From Callorhinchus milii (Eukaryota), in NCBI RefSeq assembly GCF_018977255.1, contig NW_024704742.1, forward strand, positions 62,002,001 to 62,066,000: a stretch of 64,000 nucleotides of DNA, read 5' to 3'. Below are positions 25,230-37,136 of this stretch, one piece after another. Numbering within the stretch: position 1 is the first letter of the stretch; every line of letters begins with the position of its first letter. The notes below the pieces were generated by a model that was not told the DNA's origin, searched no databases, and saw nothing but the letters and a program-made list of their open reading frames with translations. A program made the translations under genes and the position numbers.

Positions 25230-25868
25230 CAAGGCTGGACTATGGGAACTCTCTCCTCGCCGGCCTTCCCGCCACCTCCCTCCACAAGCTGCAGGTCATT
25301 CAGAACTCTGCAGCTCGTGTACTGTCCCGCACCAGGCTTCGCGATCACATCACTCCCACCCTCGCTCGCCTCCACTGGCTCCCCATCCCCCAGAGGATTG
25401 ATTTCAAGATCCTCATCCTCACCTACAAGGCCATTCACGGCCTTGCTCCCTCCTACCTCTCCAACCTACTATCCCCTACCTACCTGCCCGTACCCTCCGT
25501 TCCTCTGGCTCCGGTCTGCTCCACGTCCCCCGCCCCAACCGCCCTACTATCGGTGGTCGGGCCTTCAGCCTCTCAGCCCCCAGGCTCTGGAACTCCATCC
25601 CCCAGTGCCTTCGCCGCCTCCTCCCTTTCCTCCTTCAAGGCCGGTCTCAAAACCTTTCTCTTTGACCGTGCCTTCAGCTCCCCTCTCGACTCTCTTCCTC
25701 CTCCTCGCTCCCTCCCTTCCCTCCCCTCACCCTGACCATTTCCCCCCTCCTCTCTCCCTCCCTTCCCTCCCCTCACCCTGACCATTTCCCCCCTGCTCGG
25801 GTCATGACCCAACTGTGCAGCGCCTTGGGACGTCCTCCTGACGTGAAAGGCGCTCTATAAATGGAATC

Positions 25869-25900
<32 letters not shown>
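25230..25900 (+). mobile_element. Young 5'-truncated L2 LINE with intact 3' stem-loop and (GTT)n tail
   Basis: Highly similar to the reverse complement of 47635-48250; CpG-rich; ends GGCGCTCTATAAATGGAATCTT(GTT)n. Confidence 0.95.
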
Positions 25901-25961
25901 ATTGCTGCTTTCCCCAAGTTGAGTTTAGTTGTCAGTCAGGGAAAGGTGGGATCTAATTTGT

Positions 25962-26078
25962 TGTTGCGTTTTGCCCACAAATATACAGTCAATTCACTTT
26001 ACAGTATATTCTGTGAAGCGCTTTGAGACGTCGAGAAGACGTGAAATATGCTGTATCAATATAAGGATTATTATTATT
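25962..26078 (+). mobile_element. SINE family A 3' end
   Basis: CCCACAAATATACAGTCAATTCACTTTACAG...AAGGATTATTATT. Confidence 0.85.
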
Positions 26079-26297
26079 CATCATTATTTGTAATTGTTCT
26101 TGCTCTTGTGTAGTTTTAAAAAAATTCTAATAAACACTTTCAAATTGGCTCTCGCATATTTAGACTCAGATATTAATCAATGTTAATAACATTTCTTTAT
26201 GCAGGAGTCTTGCCCTAGAGAACAGACTGTTCCAAAATCTATTTGAAAATACATCACTTTGATTTTAACATAAATCAAGTAGTTTATTTCATTTCTT

Positions 26298-26586
26298 TAT
26301 TGGATGAGACATTAAATCTAGGATCATGTGTAGCTGGATGTTAAAGAACCTATGCCACTATTCAGAAAGAGAAGGGAATTTCTGCGGTGCCCTAACCAAC
26401 AATGCCCCAAATAAAATTGATCATTCGCTCCATGCCTGTTTGGGGGACATTACTGTATATAAACTGGCTGCCACATTTACCCAGAAAACACACAATCACT
26501 CCACTTTACAATATATCCTGTGCAGTGCTTTGGGACATCCTCCTGACGTGAATGATGTTATACCAAATGCAAGGATTATTATTATT
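26298..26586 (+). mobile_element. SINE family B body and tail
   Basis: GGATGAGACATTAAA...GGATGTTAAAG...AACTGGCTGCCAC...CAAATGCAAGGATTATTATT. Confidence 0.78.
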
Positions 26587-27464
26587 GATTATTGTCTTGT
26601 TACATTAAGTCCTTTCTCTCTTATAAATATATATTGTAACACTGGCCTGCTTCAAGTTCCCTCATCCCGCCTGCCAGTCTTTTAACTTAAAAACCCTTTC
26701 ATTGTTTCAAGTTTAAAGCACCAACGTATAATTGTGAAGCCCTTTGAGATGGTCATTCTACAACAACAATTTGCATGTATACTGCGCTGTTCAAATCTCT
26801 GAGTCTTTACGTCAAATTCTACTTCAAAGATGTTATACAAAAGCATGTTGTTGAAAATACCAACCAGGAATCCATCTGTATAAAAGATCTTCTCACACTG
26901 AAATTGTGAAACACTTCAAGTCAACATACGATTTGATAGCTCATTCTCTATCAAGGTCCAGCTGGTCGACTGCAGGGGCGCTTGGGTTGGGGAAGGGAAG
27001 GAGAAGCACTTTAAGATGTCCATCTACATGAAAGACAGAAGTACATTTTGCTTCATATATTAATCATGTCATATGTTTTGATGAAATGCCTCCTCAGGTT
27101 CTCTTACAACATCTGCAATTTGATCCACTTTGGCTTTGCACACCCAACCCCTGGGCTTCACATCACAATAACTTAAATTTAATATGTTCTTCAATGCTAT
27201 CAAATTCCCCCAAAATCTATATGTGCCTGCATTATTGTCATTATATTTTGGAAACCCTGGTCCTTCCTTGGCTGTTAAATATAACCTATAGTTTTGGAGA
27301 TTGATTTCCTGATCCTCATTCTGAAACATTAACCAGCCCTCAGAATTTGTAATGCACTCTGATAAAGTTTATAACTGATAATAAAGGTTTTGTGAGCACC
27401 TCAGTGGACTCGAGCACCAACATTGTGTAGTCTATCTTTACTTGCAAACTAGATTAATCTTGGG

Positions 27465-27838
27465 AAGGTCAGAAGGTTGTGGGTTCAAGCTCCACATCAG
27501 GATTTGAAAAAGTTTAGGTTGACAGTCCAGTGCAATGGATTGCACTGTCAGAAGTGCCATTCTTTGAATGAGACACCAAACTAAAATGCCATCTACCTTT
27601 TCTGGTATAAGTGAAGCAACCCATGGTACTATTCGAAAAGAGAAGGAAGTTTCTTCCATTATCCTGGCCAACATCCTCCAGATAAAAATTGACTGTTTGT
27701 GAGACATTGCTGTGGGTAAATTGGCTGCAATATTCATATTTAAATACAGAGTCACTACACTTAGCAGTAACTACTGCAAAGCAAGTTGAAATGTTTTGAT
27801 ATAAAAAGTTGATATATGAAATGCAAGGATTACTATTA
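27465..27838 (+). mobile_element. SINE family B, near full length
   Basis: GTCAGAAGGTTGTGGGTTCAAGCTCCAC head through AAATGCAAGGATTACTATT tail. Confidence 0.8.
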
Positions 27839-27974
27839 CACCATTATTATTCAAAGTAAAATTTACATTCAACTGTTGGTACGATTGTCTTTAGACTTAA
27901 TTGTAATGTCTATGGACAACCTTTGAGGAATTTGGAAATTTATCCATTTTGTATTCCAGAATCACAGTTTTGCT

Positions 27975-28620
27975 AATATAGTCAGACTTCATCTGCAGTA
28001 CTGTGTTCAGTTTTAAACATCCAATGTTAGAAAGGATAAATTAGCCTTGGATGGATGTCTACCACTGACCAGTTGACTAGATCAATACAGTACCTGGAAT
28101 GAAGGGACTTAACCATGATGAGAGATTGGGATGACTGGAGTTAGATTAATTCGAGCAGAGCAGAGAAGGTTAATTGGTGATTTGATTAAGTGATTCAGCA
28201 AATGAAAGGAATTGATGGGTTAGATGACGGGCAACTCTTCTCTAGGGTAAAGGGATCTAGCTCAAGGATTTCCAAGGATTTACACAGTCATAACAGTGTG
28301 GTCATTGCTTCAAGAAGCTGTCTATGTGAAAGGTGCTATACAAAAGCAAATTGTTTGTTGTTGTAAATGCTGTGAAGTGCTTTGAAAGATTTTGATGACA
28401 TGATATAATAATACTAATTCTTGCATTTGATATAGTGACTTATCATGTCTTCGAGACGTCTCAAAATTAAAACTGTTAGAAAGGAACGTTAGAAAAGTGT
28501 TCAGGTGTAGAATAATCTGCCCCATAAAACCTTAGAAGCAGAATCATCACGATTTTTTAAATGAGAGATAGGCAGATACTTGGGTAATAGAAGTATTAAA
28601 GTGTATGTAATAGGATTACC
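27975..28620 (+). mobile_element. Old CR1 3' fragment interrupted by a duplicated block at 28281-28464
   Basis: GTCAGACTTCATCTGCAGTACTGTGTTCAGTTT (VRxHLxYCVQF) and GAGCAGAGAAGGTTAATTGGTGATTTGAT. Confidence 0.7.
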
Positions 28621-29720
28621 AAGATCCACCAAGGTCTGTCCTTTTGACGAAATGTTAAACTGAGATCACATCTGCCTATTCAGATGAACACTTAAAACCC
28701 CAATGGTCTATGTGAAAAGTGAAGGGAGTTTCTCCTGGTGTCCTGACCAGTAATTCCACATATAAAATTAATCATTCAATTTATGGCAGTTTGTAAGACA
28801 CTATCAGCTGCAACTTGGCTGCTGTGTTTGCCCACAAATACACAGTCATAACAGTGTGGTCATTGCCTTGCGATGCTGCACATGTGAAGGGTGCTATATA
28901 AATGCAAGTTGTTTGTTGTTGTGAATGCTGTGAAGTGCTTTGAAAGATTTTGATGACATGATAAAATAATACTAATTCTTGCATTTGATACAGTGACTTA
29001 TCACGTCTTCAAGACATCTCAAAGCACTTCACAGAATATACTGTATTGTGAATTGACAATATGTTTTGTGGGCAAAACGCGGCAGCCAATTGCGCACAGC
29101 AAACGGTATATGATAAAGCGCTATACTAAATGTGGATATTATTATAAAGTGATTGAATATGAACTATGGGCAGAATGGACTTCTCCTGTTCTTGTTATCC
29201 TATGATCCTATGCAGAAAGTATTAAATAGTAGTACAGAAGCTGAATACTATTTATTCAACATAAATAGTACAAATGTACAACAAAAATGTACAACAGCTA
29301 AACCAACATCTCTAAGGCTATGATGGGTTAATATTTCGCGCCGTTCTTGTGAACATTTTTCAGATGTTCATGGCCCTGTAACTGAGGGGAGGGGTGCGGG
29401 GAAGGGGCCTGAAAAGATAGGTTTTAAAATATTATTTTAAAAGTGGGGTGGGGGGGAATGAACGAACAGGAGGGAAGAGTTTCAGGGAATAAGGGCAGAA
29501 TGGTTGAAAGCTTGCACACTAATGGGATGAATCAGATGGAACATGGATCAGGGGAGCAACTGTGGCAGTAGGGTCGCATGTGGTCACAGAGGTAGCAAAG
29601 AGCAAAGCTTTAGAGGGATTTGAAAGTGAAGACAAGGATATTGGATTTGATCCACTGAATTTGATCATGCTTTGATGACTTGCTCATTGTAGCTAAGTGA
29701 CATCTTTTGTCCTTTTCTTA

Positions 29721-30952
29721 ACAACAACAACAACAAAGTTTCATTTATAGAGCGCCTTTCAAGTCGGGAGGATGTCCCAAGGCGTTGGACAGTTGGGTCG
29801 TGACCCGAGCAGGGGGGAAATGGTCAGGGTGAGGGAAGGGAGGGAGCAAGGAGGGGGTAGAGAGTTGAGAGGGGAGCTGAAGGCACGTCTGAAGAGAAAG
29901 GTCTTGAGACTTGAAGGAGGAAAGGGAGGAAGCAAGGCAAAGGCAGTGGGGGATGGAGTTCCAGAGCCTAGGGGCTGAGAGGCTGAAAGCCCGGCCACCG
30001 ATAGTATGGCGGTTAGGGCGGGGGATGTGGAGCAAACCGAGCCAGAGGAACGGAGGGTATGGGCAGATAAGTAGGGGGATAGTAGGTCGGAGAGGTAGGA
30101 GGGAGCAAGACCGTGAATGGCCTTGTAGGTGAGGATGAGGATCTTGAATTCGATCCTCTGGGGGATGGGGAGCCAGTGGAGGCGAGCGAGGGTGGGAGTG
30201 ATGTGTTCCCGAAGCCTGGTGCGGGACAGTACACAAGCTGCAGAGTTCTGAATGACCTGCAGTGTGGAGGGAGGTGCCGGGAAGGCCGGTGAGGAGAGAG
30301 TTCCCAAAGTCCAGCCTTGAGGTGATAAAGGTGTGAACCAGAGTTTCAGCAGCGTGAGGGGTGAGGTAGTGCCGTAGTCTGGCGATATTCCGGAGGTGAT
30401 GGAAGGCGGTGCCAGTTGTGGCCCGGATATGAGGAAGAAAGGACAGCTCAGGGTCGAACAGAACCCCGAGGTTCCTGACGGTTTTGAGAGGTGGAGAGTG
30501 CAGCCTTGGATGCTGATGCTGTCAGCACCTGAGGTGCGGAGGCGCTGACGTGAGCCAATCAGGAGGGCCTCAGTTTTGCGCCACTTGAGCTGAAGAAAGT
30601 TGTCTCTCGTCCAGGACTCGATGTCGGACAGGCAGGCTGTCAGGACATCGGTGGTCGTGGAGTTGAGGGTAGAGGAGGAAAGGTAGAGTTGGGCGTCATC
30701 CGCATACATGTGGAAGTTAACCCCATGTCTGCGGATGATGTCATCAAGGGGGAGCATATAGAGGGTGAAGAGGAGGGGACCGAGGACAGAGCCCTGAGGG
30801 ACACCGCACGAGACAGTGCGGGGGCTGGAGGAAAAGCCGTTTGTGGAAACAAAATGAAGACGGTGGGAGAGGTACGACCTAAACCACTCAAGGACAGGGC
30901 CTTGAAGGTTGAGGTGGGAGGACAAGCCGTGGAGGAGGATAGCGTGGTCGAC
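29721..30952 (-). mobile_element. Young 5'-truncated L2 LINE (RT pseudogene) with 5-bp TSD TCTTA
   Basis: [13 protein letters not shown] and [10 protein letters not shown] motifs with frameshifts; (CAA)n tail; TCTTA at both 29716-29720 and 30953-30957. Confidence 0.95.
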
Positions 30953-31049
30953 TCTTATCCCAAATGATCTTCAGTTAGCAAATGGTTATAAACTATTATT
31001 TGTTTGCTAAGAGGTATTATCCTGGACTTTGTTTACAAGTATGCGTCAT

Positions 31050-31530
31050 ACAGCATGTTGGGTTACATTGCCAAATCCCAATGAATTGAAATCCCAGAAG
31101 ACATGCTCAAGCTGTGTGGTGCTCTGGTCAGGGCGAACCTTCAGAATTGCATACAGTTCTGGTCACCATGACACAAAGGGCCTCCCAAGTCCGTGAAGTT
31201 GTGCAATGTAGAGTAAGGAAGCTGATCCCCGGCCTAAGAAGGATGAACTCTGAGGAATGACCAGATAGGTTTTGGCTCTAATGCTTAGAAAAGAGCCATT
31301 TCAGAGCATACCTTAATGCAGAAGTGGTGTGGCTAGACAACAGGAGTTTTTCTTACCCAGGGGTTCATTAACAACTGAAACAGGTAGCCAGGAGTGGTTG
31401 AGGCCAGGACACTGAACTCATCTAAAAAGCAGCTTGATGGTGTAAAAGGAAATCAAAAGGAAGAGTGTATTCTTGAAAAATGGGCCAAAGGGTCATTTTC
31501 ATCCAAATCAAACTTGTGATCTCGCAAAAT
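31050..31530 (+). mobile_element. Old CR1 3' fragment
   Basis: GCTCTGGTCAGGGCGAACCTT...TGCATACAGTTCTGGTCACC (LVRxxLxxCIQFWSP). Confidence 0.7.
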
Positions 31531-32197
31531 AATAAAGCGTCTGAAGGAAGGGGGGAGTCTGTGAAGCATTTAGGGACTTTTAGACGTGATGATGTGGTAC
31601 ATCAAATGTTTGATACTGATCATTGTTTATCAGTTTAAGTTGTGGCCTTTTTAAATTGAAGTTTGCAAACACAAATCAGATAAGAATAAACCTCATTGCA
31701 ATAATAACTTATATCTTTACAGCAGTGGCTTTGCTAGCACAACAGCACCATAGAGCACTCTGACACAGATGCAGGTTCTTACTGTCAAGTAAATTTACAG
31801 TCAGTAGCAGCAATTACTTCTTGGATATCATTGCAGTTTAATATGTTCAGAAAACTATGCTCCAGTTATCCTAGGCACCAAGAACAATAGTACAGGACAA
31901 ACAACAACAAATATTACAGATTACAAACTAGTGAGTTTCCTAAGGCCCCTTGGGCTGCTCTCTGGGTATAAGATTGCTTGCTGACTGCCTGCCTCACAGT
32001 CAATAGAATCACTACTTCACCCTGCAGACCAGGAATGTAAAGCAAATTATTTGCCCCCATTTGTAGGAGAGGCAGAAATCTCAGCCCTCACAGTGTTTCT
32101 TTGCCTTTGGCAGTGGGAGAGGGAGGTATCAAGTGGAAAGTGAAGATCTAGGTATAGAATGGGTGGGAGGGGAGTGCCCCAGGTAGGCAGGGCACAA

Positions 32198-32452
32198 AAT
32201 AATAATTCTTGCATTTTTAATCCTTGAGACATCTCAAAGCCCTTCACAGGATTACTGTAAAGTGGTTTGACTGGATATTTGTGGGCAAAATGTAGAGACC
32301 AGTTGCACACAACAATATCCTACAAACAGAGTGACCAATTTTATTTGGGGACATTTTTTGCCAGGACACTGGAAGAAGTTCCCCTCTTGTCGAATAATGC
32401 CATGGGATCTTTAACGTCCACCTGAGCAGGCAGATGGTTTAACATCTTATCT
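32198..32452 (-). mobile_element. SINE family B 3' half
   Basis: Tail plus GAATAATGCCATGGGATCTTTAACGTCCACCTGAGCAGGCAGA. Confidence 0.78.
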
Positions 32453-32830
32453 GCTTCATGTAAGTGAAGCTTTTGCCGGATTAATAAGTGAGCAAGAGAG
32501 TCGGAGGTATTTTGTCACGTGATGCCCAAGATTCTGAGCTACAGTTATTAACAGCTGGCAGGGTACTGTACTAGAGCAATGGACCAGTGCATTGACCTGT
32601 ATCTTCCATGAAGTACTGAGTCATTGATTCAATGCCCCACTGTGCTGCGTTCCCAATCTCAGCCTCATCGCTATTGTGAAGCTTTGAGTGGAGATGACGG
32701 GCCCACAATTCTTCATATTTTTAGCCATTATTTTTGACATATGCCAAACTGTCAGATTTTGGAAAATAGTCTAGAATTGAGTCTACATTGGAAGAATTGC
32801 AGAAAATCAGCACCAACTTAACAATACTTT

Positions 32831-33151
32831 GGAGTCCTGTAGTTCAGTGGTTAGAGCACTCGCTTTGCAAGCGAGAGAGCTGAGTTCAATTCCAGGCAGG
32901 GCGAAACCTTGGGCAAGTTTCCTTACTCCACACACCTAATAATAATCCCTCCAAAACCAAAAACAATAAAAAATTGGTCATTTTCAATCTACGACTGTTT
33001 GTGGGACATTGCTGTGCGCAATTGGCTGCCGCGTTCGCCCACAAATATACAGTCAATTCACTTTACAGTGCGTTCTGTGAAGCGCTTTGAGACGTCGTCC
33101 CGACGTGAAAAGCGCTATATCAAATGCAAGGATTATTATTATTATTATTAT
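32831..33151 (+). mobile_element. Full-length young SINE family A (short subfamily)
   Basis: Near-identical to 11929-12258 and to the reverse complement of 36641-36968. Confidence 0.95.
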
Positions 33152-33154
33152 AAT

Positions 33155-33248
33155 ATTAATAATATCCTTGCATTTGATATAGCGCCTTATCACATTGTTA
33201 AGATGTCTCAAAGCGCTGTACAGAATATACTGCAAAGTGAATTGACAC
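33155..33248 (-). mobile_element. SINE family A 3' end, tail-to-tail with the preceding copy
   Basis: ATCCTTGCATTTGATATAGCGCC...AAAGTGAATTGAC. Confidence 0.88.
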
Positions 33249-36200
33249 AATTCAGACTGTTCCAAAATCCCACACGATCTTAAATTTGGTTTAGTTTGTG
33301 GACTCAGAATCAAAGCCGTGTCCTTTGTTAGAGTTGATTGAGCGTGAAAATTGTGTTAAATCTATGGAAAAAGCAGGTTTGACGAGCTACACAGTATTTT
33401 GGCATTCCCTGCTTTTCTGTGTTCTTATTAGGCATTATTATAGCGCTTGTTATGTTTCATACGGCACTTTGTACAGACCAACATATGGAAACAATTCACA
33501 CATTGCAGCCTTGTTAGATTTGGACCTAGCATTCACACCAGGTCAAATGCAGCTTTAATTAAAATAACTGGCACCACCACAATAGATGTAAAAGCTGCTA
33601 AATAAAAACAATTCTTCACTCACGCAGACACTGCCGGCAGGTCATAATTTGTCCTCACTGACAGCCTGCTTTTCAATGCAGTGCAAATTGGACACACCAT
33701 GGCTCCATCCATTAGTTAACAAGAACGTTTTTGTTTAAGAATGAAAAATGTGCTATTTTGTATAACACATCTGGGTGCTAAATTTGCAATGTTTCATAAT
33801 CTCTTCACGCAGAGGGTGGTGAGAATGTGCAGAAAGGATCAATATTTTTAAGAGGAAACTTGATGCATACATGAAGAAGAAGGGAATAGAAGAGTATAAG
33901 AGAGGGGAATGGTTAATGTGGAGTATGAACCTCGAAGTGCACAATTTGGCCTGTTTCAGTGCTATAACGTTCAACATGTTCATTATCTCATCCCGGAGTC
34001 CCTCAGACTTCATCTTTCTCTCCCCTCTTTTAAAGCCCACCTCAAACCATACCTCTTTGTTCATACTTTCAGTTATCTTCCCCCCCACCCCCACAGCTCC
34101 CTCCCCTGGCAGACACTGTGCCCAACCAGCACTATGAGACATACTCCGGACATGAAAAGCCCTATATAGATATAAATTATTGTGCAAATAGTATTGTGGC
34201 CAGTCACCTGGAGCAGAGAATCCTTCTATTCTTCCCTCTCAATTCCTGGTAACCCTGCAATGCAACCCAACTGATAGGGTGATGCTAGCTGAGCATGTAT
34301 CGGGAAGCTTGACAGTCAATGTTCCCAATGGTTAGCTAATTAAATACCAGCAGTACCTCAATGTACATTCTAGGGTCTGCCACACCTTGGCCCCTGCAAA
34401 CCTGCCCCTAAACTTTTCAGGATTAAGTGAGCTGAGTGAGTCCCTCCAGAGAAAGGTACACATTTCATTCCAGATATTGACAAATTTCCATGCATATGAG
34501 AATCTTTCAGTAATTTGGTGTGGATGCTCTAAAGCATGGTGATATGTCAAACTCCCGACTGACTGAAAAAAAATTCTCACTATTGCCAAGCATCCTCCTT
34601 CAACTTGGAGGCAGACTGCAATCTGCAAGCACCATCAAAGCTATATTTGGTCAGTAGGTTGAATGTGCTTCACTGGGGTGCAATAGGTCATGCCAGCTTT
34701 TTGTCTCCATCCCCTGTTTCCCTGATAGGAAGCATTCTGCTGTTGTACAATACTTCATCTTAAACTTAACCCCAGACCTGGCAAAACTCAACCAATGAAA
34801 GTAGACAAGTTTGACTGTCCATCAAGGCTAAGATTTGAACTCATGGCCTCTGAGTTGAAAGGTCAATTCTCTACTGCTATAACTACAGGGTAGCTCATAA
34901 GGAAAGTCATTTGTTATTCCTTGCCTCCAGATTTTCTGTATGCATAAAATACTGAGAAGTTCTTTATATTTGCGCTACCTTTTTTTCAGTATGAAAGGAT
35001 TACATCCCATGATTTTTTTTATAACCATAATGAGCAGCCTTTTCTGAAAACATTGCGTCAAGCAGACAAAGATAATGGCTTATTTTGGGAAATATGTGTT
35101 TCAAACAGCACAGCACTCTGAACATATTGATGAGGACCTGGTTTGTGCTTGTGCGAAAAAATGCTACATGAATCCACAGAGGTGCAAAGTTTCATCTGGG
35201 TCCAGATTTATTCTTTTTATCTAGCATTTCAATGCATGAAGACTTTGGCCAATTCTTACAATACAATTTTGATTTTGAAGCTTTTTTTTCTGAATAACTA
35301 CAGAAAAAACAGCTTCAAACTTAAAACTGCATTCAATAATTGCCCAAACTCTGCACACCCTGAAACATTATGTCAATAGAGTGAATTGAGGCCCATCGTG
35401 ATCTTTTGATGACATAGCTTTAATGGGATGGGTGACTCTATTGTCTCACTCTGCATTTTATACCACTTAGACAGTTTCTTACACATACGAGAAGGGTTCT
35501 CATTCATTACCCCATTGGTTTCTGGTATTAGTCCGCACACTAGGTAATAATTACAGTGTTTACTTTACCTCAGGATTCTTGCCTCACTTCCAGTCGGATT
35601 GAGCATGCACAAAACCTTTAATAGTCCCCCAGGCTCAACTACCCACAAGAGGGTGTTCCCCAGACTCTACCAAAATCCCCATAAAAGCAAGGATCATTAC
35701 ACTTTACAAACTCGTTATTTTTGTTCTTGTAAGGAGGGTTAATATTGCTGTTTCTTCAACAAGGTTTCTTAAGTAAGCAATCGCCAGAAAAACATCTCAT
35801 GAATCCTTCCAATTTGATGGACACCCATGCCAAAATAGATTGAGTTGGAGCAGAATTCCAGAATCTCCATTACATTCTTCAGAATTTCTTCATTTAGAAA
35901 TCAAATTGAGAATTATTGCAAATTAGTCCACTTTGCTTTATTTTATAAACAATTTTACCCATCCATTCTCCAATATGGTATAAAACCTGCTCTGCTGTAA
36001 TCTGACCATGTTCCCCAAGAAACCCAATTTATGTTTTGTTCTGATTCATGTTGAAACCCATCACATGCTGACAAATATCCAAATCAGATTGACGGTTCCA
36101 CATGTCCATGAAAATAAACATCTAATGGAAATAAAAAAGATAAAATAAATCTGGAATAGCAGAAGGTCATTGGATCTATATTAGCTCATCCATTCAGTAA

Positions 36201-36261
36201 GTGATGGTATAGTAACAGATGAGACATGCCCACAAACCACTAAGGCCCTTGACATTTCATG

Positions 36262-36444
36262 TAGTCTTAGCTTGTATGACTATTTTGCATAAGAATTAAG
36301 ATCATGCAGAATTGTAAATAAAAACTTAAATTCAATCAGTTCTTCTCAAGAATTGCAAAGAAAGGCTTTTAAATGAAGCATTTTACAAAATTCTGCAGGG
36401 TAATCTTTGATTTTATTACAAAATAATCATAAAGGCTAAAACTA
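36262..36444. mobile_element. Palindromic MITE-like element, fourth copy
   Basis: Ends TAGTCTTAGCTT / AAGGCTAAAACTA; internal inverted pair TGCAGAATT / AATTCTGCA. Confidence 0.55.
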
Positions 36445-36640
36445 GGTGACAGGACTGACTGAATTAAATACCAAGTCCTTATTAATAATAAACTAATAAT
36501 ACTTGAACTTGCTATAGCATCTTTCACTTCGGGAGGATGTCTCAAAGAACTTCACAGAATTCACTAAGTGTAGGCGAACAAAAATACACAAAAACGTATT
36601 TTAAATATATTGTGGGTTAGGGTTTTAACATCATCACAGA

Positions 36641-36968
36641 AATAATAATAATAATAATCCTTGCATTTGATATAGCGCTTTTCACCTCGGGAGGACGTCC
36701 CAAAGTGCTTCACAGAACACACTGTAAAGTGAATTGACTGTATATTTGTGGGCGAACGCGGCAGCCAATTGCGCACAGCAATGTCCCACAAACAGTCGTG
36801 GATTGAAAATGACCAATTTATTATTATTGTTTTTGGTTTTTGGAGGGATTATTATTAGGCTCTGTGTGGAGTAAGGAAACTTGCCCAAGGTTTCGCCCTC
36901 TGCCTGGAATTGAACTCAGGTCTCTCGCTTGCAAAGCGAGTGCCCTAACCACTGAGCTACAGGACTCC
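36641..36968 (-). mobile_element. Full-length young SINE family A (short subfamily)
   Basis: Reverse complement of the 32831 copy with few differences. Confidence 0.95.
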
Positions 36969-37004
36969 ACATGAAAATTTAAACTGTACAATTGAGTAAA
37001 AAGT

Positions 37005-37136
37005 AAAATAATAATCCTTGCATTTGATATAGCGCTTTTCATGTCTTCTAGATTTCCCAAAGCGCTTCACAAAATATACTGTAAAGTGAATTGACTGTAT
37101 ATTTGTGGGCAAATGCGACAGCCAATTGCGCACAGC
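37005..37136 (-). mobile_element. SINE family A 3' end
   Basis: Tail through GCCAATTGCGCACAGC. Confidence 0.85.

Noticed and set aside
29759..30925. 388-aa ORF with YADD motif as a functional RT, retron or novel RT system
   Set aside because: It is a 5'-truncated, frameshifted L2 copy with a tail and TSD; it lacks the endonuclease and the N-terminal part of the RT.
34330..34890. Possible additional ancient repeat(s), including a reverse tRNA-like head near 34830-34890
   Set aside because: Too diverged and single-copy here; I cannot support a family call.
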